From the NCBI GenBank assembly GCA_038733315.1, contig JAVYPJ010000001.1, forward strand, positions 71,863 to 135,862: 64,000 nt of DNA, written 5' to 3'. The translations under genes were made by a program, and so were the position numbers. Below the pieces are notes generated by a model, which searched no databases, was not told the DNA's origin, and worked only from the letters and a program-made list of their open reading frames with translations. Positions 50,173 through 59,021 of this stretch are shown here, one piece after another (position 1 is the stretch's first letter; the number at the start of each line of letters is the position of its first letter). The DNA comes from Candidatus Aenigmatarchaeota archaeon (GTDB lineage Archaea; Aenigmatarchaeota; Aenigmatarchaeia; CG10238-14; SpSt-28).

Positions 50173-51517
50173 TCGCTATTATAGAATTTATTTTCAGAAT
50201 TTCGACCTCTTTTCCTTTAAGTTCATCTATTACTGCTATTATTGCAGAGATGTTATATAAAGAAATCATATTCCCTATTCCAGCTCCAATACTTTGCAAT
50301 GCAAGAACTTTATCTACATTTAAATTCAAAGCAGTTGCTATTTCTTGTTGAAACTTTATAAAGGTTAGATTAGATAGTGTTGCCGACCCAAAAATAAAAG
50401 CACCAAAAACTCCTATTATAGGCGAAATTATTAGAAAATACTTATCAAAACCAATAAAATAGTTTTTTAAGTTATCCATAACACCCTTAACTCCTATGGA
50501 ATTTTCTGAAGATAAAGTTAAGTAAGAGGAGACAAAAGATAAAAAGAATATTATAAAAAAAAGTCTAATAGATTTCTTTAATATTTCTAATGAATAAATC
50601 TTTATTCTTTTTCTATTATTTAATGCCAAAAATAGCGCTATGGATAAAATTATTATACTTATATTAAAAAAATTCAATATTTCAATTATTATTGGAATGT
50701 TAGAGCTTCTTAATATTACAAAAATTATTATCGCAATAAAAAATGGTGAAAAAATTTTTAAAAAAAATCTAAATCTCGAAATGTTTTTAAAGAATATGAA
50801 AAAAAGTGCTCCTATGGATGCCAAAATTATTGTAAGCGTGAAAAATTGTGTATGAGCAACAATAATTGAAATGATAAAAAATACTATAATAGAAGCGATG
50901 GTTTCCTTTTTAAAAGTTAAAAAGCTATGCATTTCTTTTTCAAACTTTAAATAAAAAGTTAATGCCACTAAAAATATGAAAAATATGAAAATGGAAAAAA
51001 TTATACCAACTATCTTTACGAATTCTAAACTATTCGCATCCTTAGCGCCTATTATTATAGGTGTAGAAAAAGCTCCAAAAGTTGAATAAGTATCTGTAAT
51101 TAAAGAGATAGAAGCTGATAATAATGGATTAAAACCAAGAGTATATAAGCTCTTAACTGCTATAATACCGGGCGTTCCGAAACCTACTAGACCTTCTATT
51201 AATATTGTGAGAAAAATTCCTATTGCAACAAAATTCAAAAAATTTTTCTCTTTAAAAGATTTGAAAAATTTTGTATTTTCCTTCTCTATTATCTTAAACA
51301 AGAATAATACTGAAAAAACTAAAAGAAAGATTTTAAAACCTGTAAGAAAGGAATCTATATGAGCAAGCAAAATTTTATAAAAATAAATTCCGATTGAAAT
51401 AGATACTATTAGAGTTATTAAATAAGAGAAAAACAGTGTTTTAAATAAATCTCGAGTTAAAAATAGAAGAAAAAATAAGGAGATTATAGGAAGGAATAAA
51501 AATATTTCTGATATCAT
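50129..51517 (-). CDS. Lactate permease-like transporter
   Basis: IEGLVGFGTP, FGAFSTP, GSATLSN, Q..GAGIGNMIS. Confidence 0.85.
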   Translation of the reverse strand: MISEIFLFLPIISLFFLLFLTRDLFKTLFFSYLITLIVSISIGIYFYKILLAHIDSFLTGFKIFLLVFSVLFLFKIIEKENTKFFKSFKEKNFLNFVAIGIFLTILIEGLVGFGTPGIIAVKSLYTLGFNPLLSASISLITDTYSTFGAFSTPIIIGAKDANSLEFVKIVGIIFSIFIFFIFLVALTFYLKFEKEMHSFLTFKKETIASIIVFFIISIIVAHTQFFTLTIILASIGALFFIFFKNISRFRFFLKIFSPFFIAIIIFVILRSSNIPIIIEILNFFNISIIILSIALFLALNNRKRIKIYSLEILKKSIRLFFIIFFLSFVSSYLTLSSENSIGVKGVMDNLKNYFIGFDKYFLIISPIIGVFGAFIFGSATLSNLTFIKFQQEIATALNLNVDKVLALQSIGAGIGNMISLYNISAIIAVIDELKGKEVEILKINSIIAIILSFLACFLVLIL

Positions 51518-51542
51518 AAAAACACTTTATTCTAACAGAAAA

Positions 51543-51857
51543 TTATATAACCTTAATTTTTATATCGACTTCGTTTCCAAAATCGATTCTCATTATTTGT
51601 TTTAAAACCCTTTCATCAGGCTGAAGATAAATTAATCTCTTATGTATTCTCATTTCCCAAACTTCCCATGTAGCGTTTCCATGACCGGTACCATCTTTTA
51701 TGTTTGCCATAGTATAAACTTTTAGCTTTTTTGTAGGTAATGGTATTGGTCCTTTAAACATTATACCATATTTTTTTGCTACTCCTATTATTTCATTGGT
51801 AACTCTATTTAATTCATTTAAATCTCTGCTTGCTAATTTTATAACGACCTTGTCCAT
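51543..51857 (-). CDS. rps10: Ribosomal protein uS10
   Basis: GPIPLPTKKL, WEMRIHKRLI. Confidence 0.95.
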   Translation of the reverse strand: MDKVVIKLASRDLNELNRVTNEIIGVAKKYGIMFKGPIPLPTKKLKVYTMANIKDGTGHGNATWEVWEMRIHKRLIYLQPDERVLKQIMRIDFGNEVDIKIKVI

Positions 51858-52009
51858 ATATTTATTTTTTAATAAATACTTAGATATAAATCTTTTTGTT
51901 GAGCTTAATAAAATAAAAAATATACACTTTTTTATAGAAATCTATATATTTATAAAATCGAAAATTATTTATTTTTATTTGTATAACTAATCTACTTCGT
52001 GGTAATAAC

Positions 52010-53080
52010 ATGGAGACAAAAAAGCTAAAATGTAAGGTGTGTGGAAGCGAAAAAGTAGTTTTAGATTCAAGTAGAGGAGAGTATGTATGCCAAGATTGTG
52101 GAGTAGTTTTAGAGGATTATATTATTGATTTATCTCAAGAATGGAGAGCTTTTAGTAGCGAGCAGTTAGAAAGAAGAGCGAGAACTGGAAGTCCTTTATC
52201 GATAGCAAAACATGATAAAGGTCTATCTACTCAAATAGGAAAAGGAACTGCAGAGCTATATAAAGTTCCTACTGAAAAAAGATTTCAATATTATAGATTA
52301 ACGCAATGGAGTAAAAGACTATCCACTTCTAAGGATAGAAACATAAGTTATGCTTTATCTGAATTACAAAGAATTGTTTCTTCATTACAATTACCAAAAA
52401 CTGTATTAGAAAGGGCTGCAATGTATCATGAGCAACTTATAAGTAAAGGAGCTGTTAGAGGAAGGAGTTTGGAGAGTATAATTGCTTCCTTAGTTTATTT
52501 TGCAGCAAAAGAATTACATACTCCAAGAACTTTTGATGAAATTGCAGAAGTTGTTGGTATTGATAAAAGAGAGTTGGGAAGAGCGTATAGATATGTTGCA
52601 AGAGAGTTGGGATTAAGAATTTTACCTGCAGATGCTAGAGATTATATTCCAAGATTTTGTAGTTTAATAAATGTAAGTGAAAAGGTTCAAAAAAAAGCTA
52701 TGGAGCTTTTAGAGCAAGCAGAAAAAGCTGGAATAGTTAGTGGTAAAGGACCTACAGGAATAGCTGCAGCTGTTATTTTTATTGCTTCATTATTAGAGGG
52801 TGAAAGAAGAACTCAAAGAGAAATAGCTGAAAGATGTAAATTAACAGAAGTTACTATAAGAAATAGGTATAAGGAAATTATTGAGAGACTTGGTTTAGAG
52901 GCTATAGTAAAAGAGAAGGAGGAAGAATTAGAAAAAGAAAAGATTATAGAAAAAAAGGAGGAAGAAAAGAAGGAAAAGCCAATAATTCCATTGCTAGATG
53001 AAAAGAAAAAGAAGAAAAAAACTATTAGAAAAAAGAAAGTTGTAAAAAAGGTGAAGAAGAAAAAATCTAAATCTAAATGA
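52010..53080 (+). CDS. tfb: Transcription initiation factor TFB with a Lys-rich C-terminal tail
   Basis: Zn ribbon, EWRAF, RGRS, SGKGP, TEVTIRNRYKE. Confidence 0.96.
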   Translation: METKKLKCKVCGSEKVVLDSSRGEYVCQDCGVVLEDYIIDLSQEWRAFSSEQLERRARTGSPLSIAKHDKGLSTQIGKGTAELYKVPTEKRFQYYRLTQWSKRLSTSKDRNISYALSELQRIVSSLQLPKTVLERAAMYHEQLISKGAVRGRSLESIIASLVYFAAKELHTPRTFDEIAEVVGIDKRELGRAYRYVARELGLRILPADARDYIPRFCSLINVSEKVQKKAMELLEQAEKAGIVSGKGPTGIAAAVIFIASLLEGERRTQREIAERCKLTEVTIRNRYKEIIERLGLEAIVKEKEEELEKEKIIEKKEEEKKEKPIIPLLDEKKKKKKTIRKKKVVKKVKKKKSKSK

Positions 53081-53613
53081 AATGTCCCTATTGTAACAAA
53101 GAACTAAAGTTTATTTCTGAAAAGAAATATATTGAACATTTTGGGGAAATGTTTTTTTATACTTTATTTTGTGAAAACTGCGGATTTAGATTTAGTGATG
53201 AGTTTACCCTAGAAGTTAAAGAACCTATGGCATACTATCTTAAAGTTGAGAACGAAGAAGATTTGTTTGCTAAAATTGTTAGAGGAAGTAATGGATATAT
53301 CGAAATAAAAGAATTGAAAATAAAGCTTATTCCAGCACAATTCTCTAAAAGTTTTATTAAAAGTGTGGAAGGATTTTTAAATGATGTATATGAGATAGTT
53401 AAATCTCAACTTCCATATTTAAAAGGTAAAAGATTAGAAAAAGCAAAAAACATTCTCTCAGAAATAGAGAAAATGAAAAAATGCGAAAAAATTTTTACTA
53501 TAGTGGTTAAAGATGTTACAGGAATCTCTAAAATTTTATCACCAAAAGCAAAAAGTAGAAAACTTAGCGAAAGGGAAGTGAAAAATTTAAAAACTTCAAT
53601 AACCTATTTATGA
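53077..53613 (+). CDS. ZPR1 zinc-finger protein
   Basis: CPYC..HFGE..CENCGF; VEG; D.TG.S. Confidence 0.85.
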   Translation: MKCPYCNKELKFISEKKYIEHFGEMFFYTLFCENCGFRFSDEFTLEVKEPMAYYLKVENEEDLFAKIVRGSNGYIEIKELKIKLIPAQFSKSFIKSVEGFLNDVYEIVKSQLPYLKGKRLEKAKNILSEIEKMKKCEKIFTIVVKDVTGISKILSPKAKSRKLSEREVKNLKTSITYL

Positions 53614-55256
53614 AATACTTAGTAACAGCTGCATTGCCATATACAAACAACTTGCCACACATAGGAAATATTGCTGGCTCTCATTTACCTGCAGACATTT
53701 ACCAAAAGCTACTTAAAATTTTTGGTTACAATGTTATTTTTATTGGTGGTACTGATGAGCATGGAAGCCCTATAGAAATTGCTGCAATAAAAGAAAATAA
53801 AAATCCAAAAGAATTATGTGATTATTATTATGCTCTTCACAAAAAAATATACGATTGGTTAAGAATAGATTATGATAACTTTTCAAGAACTTCTAATAAA
53901 ACAAATCACGAAATGACGCAATATATTTTTAAAAAATTGTATGAAAATGGTTATATAACTGAAGGTTTTTTAACTTTAGCATATTGCGAATTTGATAAAC
54001 GATTTCTTCCAGATAGATATGTAGAAGGAATTTGTCCATTTTGTAAGTATGAAAAAGCTAGAGGCGATCAGTGCGAAAATTGTGGAAGGCTTTTGGATCC
54101 GATAGATTTAGTAAATCCAAAATGCGTTCTATGCGGAAATAAGCCAATCTTTAAAGAAACTAGGCATTTATTCTTAGATTTAGCAAAAACAGAAAAAAAA
54201 CTTTTAAAATGGATATTAAAAAATAAACATTGGAAAGATAATGTAAGAAATTTTGCTTTAAGCTGGATTAAGGAAGGTTTAAAAAAGAGAAGTATTACAA
54301 GAGATTTGAGTTGGGGTATTAAAGTTCCGTTAGAAAATTATAAAGATAAAGTATTTTATGTTTGGTTTGATGCTCCAATAGGATACATTTCCTCTACAAT
54401 CGAATACTTTGAAAAAATAGGAAAAAAAGATGAATGGAAAAAATATTGGCTAAAAAATTCTAAAGCTAGAATAATTCATTTCCTAGGAAAAGATAACATT
54501 CCATTTCATACAATATTTTGGCCCGCTATTTTAATTGGTACTAAGGAATTTAATTTGCCATATAATGTTGTTGGTTTAGAGTATCTAAACTTTGAAAATA
54601 AAAAAATTTCTAAAAGCCAGAATTGGGGAGTTTTTTTTGAAATAGAGGATGAAAAAATATTAGTTAGAATTAAAGATAAAAAAATTGAAATAGATAGCGA
54701 TTATATTAGATTTTACTTAGCATATATTTTACCAGAGAATAAAGATGCAAACTTTTCTATTAACGAATTTAAAGAAAAAATAAATAAAGAATTAATTGGA
54801 AATTTTGGAAACTTTGTTTATAGAGTATTGAGCTTCACGGAGAAATATTATAACTTAGAAATTCCTAAGGCAAAATTATCTAAGAAAGAAAGAGAAATTT
54901 TAAAGATTATAAAGGAATCAAAAAAAGATATTAAAAATAACGTTAAAAATGTTGAAATTAAAAAAATTCTATATAAGATTTTAGAGTTGTCTTCAATCGC
55001 TAATAAATATTTTCAAGAAAGCGAACCATGGAAAAATAAAGAAAAAAGGGATTTGACTGTTATGTTTTCTATAAATCTTGTTAAGGATTTGACTATACTC
55101 TTTTGGCCTTTTATTACGAAATCCTCTGAAAAGATTTTCTATTTCTTAAATTATTCTTTCGAACCAAAAAACGCTATAAAAAATGTTGGTAAAATAGAAT
55201 TAAAGAGTTGTAAAATTAGAAAGCCAGAAATTATTTTCAAACCGCTTGAATTTTAA
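53610..55256 (+). CDS. metG: Methionyl-tRNA synthetase (short form)
   Basis: LPY, HIGN, GTDEHG, YVWFDAPIGY, GKDNIPFH, KISKS. Confidence 0.96.
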   Translation: MKYLVTAALPYTNNLPHIGNIAGSHLPADIYQKLLKIFGYNVIFIGGTDEHGSPIEIAAIKENKNPKELCDYYYALHKKIYDWLRIDYDNFSRTSNKTNHEMTQYIFKKLYENGYITEGFLTLAYCEFDKRFLPDRYVEGICPFCKYEKARGDQCENCGRLLDPIDLVNPKCVLCGNKPIFKETRHLFLDLAKTEKKLLKWILKNKHWKDNVRNFALSWIKEGLKKRSITRDLSWGIKVPLENYKDKVFYVWFDAPIGYISSTIEYFEKIGKKDEWKKYWLKNSKARIIHFLGKDNIPFHTIFWPAILIGTKEFNLPYNVVGLEYLNFENKKISKSQNWGVFFEIEDEKILVRIKDKKIEIDSDYIRFYLAYILPENKDANFSINEFKEKINKELIGNFGNFVYRVLSFTEKYYNLEIPKAKLSKKEREILKIIKESKKDIKNNVKNVEIKKILYKILELSSIANKYFQESEPWKNKEKRDLTVMFSINLVKDLTILFWPFITKSSEKIFYFLNYSFEPKNAIKNVGKIELKSCKIRKPEIIFKPLEF

Positions 55257-55963
55257 TCCTTTTTATATTTTGGAATGTTTCTTAATGCATCAAACATTGC
55301 CTGAATTAAGTTCATGTGTTGTTTTGTTCTTCCGAATGTTTTGCTCCAAACATCTTTAATTCCAGCTAATCTTAATAGTTTTTTGCTTTCATCATCTACA
55401 ACTAATCCAGTTCCCCTAGGCGCTGGCATAAGTATAACTTTAACACTTCCGCTTTTCCCATAACTTTTCCATGGAATTGAATGTGGCTGCTTACAATCGC
55501 ATTCCCAACTACCGCAGCCCATATAAACCTTTATTATGTTTAATTTTGCGTTTCTTATAGCTTTTAAATATGCACTTCTGCCATCTTTTGCCTTTCCTCT
55601 ACCTATTCCTACATGTCCATTCTCATCGCCAACAATTACCATTACAGAATATTTTATTCTCCTTCCGCTAGCAGTAACTTTTTGGCTTCTCTTTACTGGA
55701 ATTCTCTTACCTCCTCCACCCTTAGTTCCACCCTTTCCTATTAATACTGGCTCTATTTTTAAATTCGGTAATAAAATGTCTACTATTTCTGCCTCTAATA
55801 TTTTTAAACCATTTTCTAATATTTCATCTATACTTTTTATTTTTCCCTCTAAAACTAATTTACCTAATTTTGTTTTTGGAGTCCAATTAGAGAGTGAATC
55901 GGGTAAAGGGAGTTTTATATCTTCTGCCTTTTCCTCTTCTTGCCTTTCTTCTACCTCAACCAT
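55253..55963 (-). CDS. rps5: Ribosomal protein uS5
   Basis: WTPKTKLG, GCGSWEC, PAPRGTG. Confidence 0.96.
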   Translation of the reverse strand: MVEVEERQEEEKAEDIKLPLPDSLSNWTPKTKLGKLVLEGKIKSIDEILENGLKILEAEIVDILLPNLKIEPVLIGKGGTKGGGGKRIPVKRSQKVTASGRRIKYSVMVIVGDENGHVGIGRGKAKDGRSAYLKAIRNAKLNIIKVYMGCGSWECDCKQPHSIPWKSYGKSGSVKVILMPAPRGTGLVVDDESKKLLRLAGIKDVWSKTFGRTKQHMNLIQAMFDALRNIPKYKKD

Positions 55964-56483
55964 AATCTTTTAAAATCTTTTCTTTAACTTTATAAAAATC
56001 TTGTGTTATATTTTTAAACTTTTCAATATAACTTGCAATATGTTTCCCTTCAATTCTATCTTCTGTTGGAAAAATTTCATCACTATGAGGAATTTTTAAT
56101 CCAGCATCAATCGCACCTTTCAAAACTGCAAATATTCTATTTCCCTTTGTACTTCTATTTATTCCTATATCCAATATAGCCTCTTGAATTCCGTTTTTTA
56201 AAGCTAATTTACCTATTATTATTCCAGTAAGATAAGCTGCTGGTAAATTTTTACAAGAATACTTCCAATCGTATTTATCCTTTAATATTTTAGAGGTTAT
56301 GCCTAAGATTGTGTAATCTTGAGCTATTTTAGATTTTACTAGTTGTGCAATGATATATTTATTTGTCTTTCTTACGACTAATCTAATCTTTCCACTTTTT
56401 AATAAACCTATTCTTTGTCTATAATCTGTTTTATATTTTCTTCTCCTTTTATATGGCATTATATATGTTGTTTTATGAACCAT
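55956..56483 (-). CDS. rpl18: Ribosomal protein uL18
   Basis: KTDY, RLVVRKTN, NLPAAYLTG. Confidence 0.95.
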   Translation of the reverse strand: MVHKTTYIMPYKRRRKYKTDYRQRIGLLKSGKIRLVVRKTNKYIIAQLVKSKIAQDYTILGITSKILKDKYDWKYSCKNLPAAYLTGIIIGKLALKNGIQEAILDIGINRSTKGNRIFAVLKGAIDAGLKIPHSDEIFPTEDRIEGKHIASYIEKFKNITQDFYKVKEKILKDYG

Positions 56484-56901
56484 TTTTTTCCTCTTTAATT
56501 AACTTATGCGTTTGTATATATAACTTTAAGTGTGTAGTGCTTCTAAAGAATCCGCCCTTTGCTAAATCTCTTAACTTTCTATATGTTCTATTATCAATTT
56601 TTCCCTCTTTTTTTAGAGCTTTTAAATATCTCCTTATTGGTCTAATTCTATTTATCCAATGTCTTTTTCTTGGTATTATAGAATATTTTCCACCTTTCCT
56701 TACATGTTTTTTTTCTTTTTTATCTTTTTTTGGCAAAAAGTCTTTTTTAGATTTTATTATTCCTCTAAAAATTAATTTTTTTACATCAGCTGTGGTAATT
56801 GCTTTTTCTGCCTCCTTAATTTTAGATGGGTCTATCCAAACCTTGCTTTTTCCTACCTTTAATATCTTCGAGGCTAATCTTTTTACAGTCTGAATAGCCA
56901 T
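56473..56901 (-). CDS. rpl19e: Ribosomal protein eL19
   Basis: KRLASKILKVG..VWIDP; WINRIR; AKGG.F. Confidence 0.95.
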   Translation of the reverse strand: MAIQTVKRLASKILKVGKSKVWIDPSKIKEAEKAITTADVKKLIFRGIIKSKKDFLPKKDKKEKKHVRKGGKYSIIPRKRHWINRIRPIRRYLKALKKEGKIDNRTYRKLRDLAKGGFFRSTTHLKLYIQTHKLIKEEKNGS

Positions 56902-56934
56902 TAATATATTATTTTAAAAATAAATTATAATTTA

Positions 56935-57876
56935 ATGAAAGTTTTAATAACTGGGATTGCTGGATTTATTGGATCTAATTTAGCAGAAGAATTAGTAAAA
57001 AAAGGCTATAAAGTTTATGGAATTGATAATTTACATACTGGTAATATAGAAAATATTAAAAATATAATAGAAGATATAGTATTCTTAGAAGGAAGATCGA
57101 AAACAATTATAAATCTTAATGAAAAATTTGATGTTATATTTCATCTTGGAACTTATTCTTCTAGCCCTATGTATAAACAAAATCCGTTTTTAGTAAATGA
57201 AGTTGTAGAAGATATGATGGCGATTTTAGAATATGCAAAAAAGAACAATTCAAAAATTATTTTCTCTTCAAGTTCTAGCTTATATAATTGGAATCCTATA
57301 CCATGGAATGAAAATATGGAAATAAAAGTTACCGATTATTATACAGAAGCAAAATACCTATGCGAAAGATTATGTGAACTTTATGCAAAATTGTTTAAGA
57401 TTAAATGCATATCTCTAAGATATTTTAGTGTTTTTGGAGAAAATGAAGAATATAAAGGAAAGTATGCTAACGTTATTACCCAAATGGTATGGCATGCATT
57501 AAATCAAAAAGAATTTGAGATTTTTGGTGATGGTTCACAAAGCAGAGATTTAATATATGTTAAAGATGTTGTTGAAGCAAATTTAAAGGCAATGGAATTT
57601 GAAGATTTTAATAAAATTCCTTTTGAAATATTTAATGTTGGCTCTGGAAAAAACTATTCGTTTAATGATATGGCAAATATTGTTAAAAAATTCTTAGATT
57701 TAAGAGTAAAATACGTAAATAATCCTATAAATAACTATGTTCATCATACATTAGCCGATACTACAAAAGCTAGGGAAATCTTAAAGTTTAAAACTAAATT
57801 CGAAGTTGAAAAAATTTTGCCGAAAATTATAGAATATTATAGTAAAAAAATTCAAAAAATAAAAATAAAAATATAA
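56935..57876 (+). CDS. NAD-dependent NDP-sugar epimerase/dehydratase
   Basis: TGIAGFIGS, YTEAK (YxxxK), GDGSQSRD. Confidence 0.92.
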   Translation: MKVLITGIAGFIGSNLAEELVKKGYKVYGIDNLHTGNIENIKNIIEDIVFLEGRSKTIINLNEKFDVIFHLGTYSSSPMYKQNPFLVNEVVEDMMAILEYAKKNNSKIIFSSSSSLYNWNPIPWNENMEIKVTDYYTEAKYLCERLCELYAKLFKIKCISLRYFSVFGENEEYKGKYANVITQMVWHALNQKEFEIFGDGSQSRDLIYVKDVVEANLKAMEFEDFNKIPFEIFNVGSGKNYSFNDMANIVKKFLDLRVKYVNNPINNYVHHTLADTTKAREILKFKTKFEVEKILPKIIEYYSKKIQKIKIKI

Positions 57877-57880
57877 TTTT

Positions 57881-59008
57881 ATGCTTTGGATTTTTAAATA
57901 TAAGCCAAAAAGTTTAAATGAGTTTGTAAACCAAAAAGAGGCTATACAAAAATTTTTACAATGGTATAAAAATTGGAAAAATATTAAAAAAGCTGCTTTA
58001 TTGTTTGGCCCGCCTGGAACTGGAAAAAGTTGTTTTGTAGAAGCTTTTGCTAGAGATAATAACTTAGAATTAATACAATTAAATGCCAGTGATAAAAGAG
58101 ATTATAACTCTATTAGAAATATTATTGGAAATGCAGCAAAAAGTTTAAGCATTTTTAAAAAAGGAAAAATATTTTTTATAGATGAAGTTGATGGGATTTC
58201 TGCTAGAGAAGATGTTGGCGCAGTAAAAGAAATTGTTAGAATTATTCAAGAATCGAAATTTCCAATAGTTTTGGCAGCTAACGATCCTTTTGATGCAAAG
58301 TTAAAAGAATTAAGAGAAAATTGCGAATTAATAGAATTTAAAAGATTAAGTGTTTTTGATATAGAAAAAAAACTTATTGAAATATTAGAAAAAGAGGGGA
58401 TAAAGTATGATAAAAATGTTGTAAGAGAAATTTCTAGTAGAAATAATGGAGATTTAAGAGGAGCTATAAATGATTTAGAAATTGTTGCTAGAAATAAAAA
58501 GGAAATAAAAAAAGAGGATTTAGAAATTTTAGGGTTTAGAGATAGAGAGCAGCAAATATTTGAAGCATTAAAAATTCTTTTTAAAACCAAAAGTGCTATG
58601 GCTGCGAAAATGAGTATTATTAATTTAGATATGGAGCCAGAAGAAATTTTTTATTGGATTGAAGAAAATATAGCGAACGAATATGAAAAAATAGAAGAAA
58701 TTGCAAGTGCTTATGATCGCTTAAGTAAAGCTGATTTATTTAGAAAAAGAATATTGTCTAGACAAAATTGGAGGTATTTGGTCTATATGAATGATTTAAT
58801 GACAATCGGAGTTGCACTATCTAAAAAGGAAATGTATAGAAAATTTACAAGATATAAGCCGCCAAGCATTTTGAAACTATTAGCACAAACTAAACAAATA
58901 AGAGAGCAAGAAAAAATAAAATTGAAGGAATTTGCTGAAAAGCTACATTGCTCAACAAAAAAGATTAAAACAGAATTTATGCCATATTTATCAAAATTTT
59001 TAAAATAA
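57881..59008 (+). CDS. rfcL: Replication factor C large subunit
   Basis: KYKP, GPPGTGKS, LNASD, DEVDG, GDLRGAINDL, WIEEN. Confidence 0.93.
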   Translation: MLWIFKYKPKSLNEFVNQKEAIQKFLQWYKNWKNIKKAALLFGPPGTGKSCFVEAFARDNNLELIQLNASDKRDYNSIRNIIGNAAKSLSIFKKGKIFFIDEVDGISAREDVGAVKEIVRIIQESKFPIVLAANDPFDAKLKELRENCELIEFKRLSVFDIEKKLIEILEKEGIKYDKNVVREISSRNNGDLRGAINDLEIVARNKKEIKKEDLEILGFRDREQQIFEALKILFKTKSAMAAKMSIINLDMEPEEIFYWIEENIANEYEKIEEIASAYDRLSKADLFRKRILSRQNWRYLVYMNDLMTIGVALSKKEMYRKFTRYKPPSILKLLAQTKQIREQEKIKLKEFAEKLHCSTKKIKTEFMPYLSKFLK

Positions 59009-59021
59009 AGAATAATTTATT

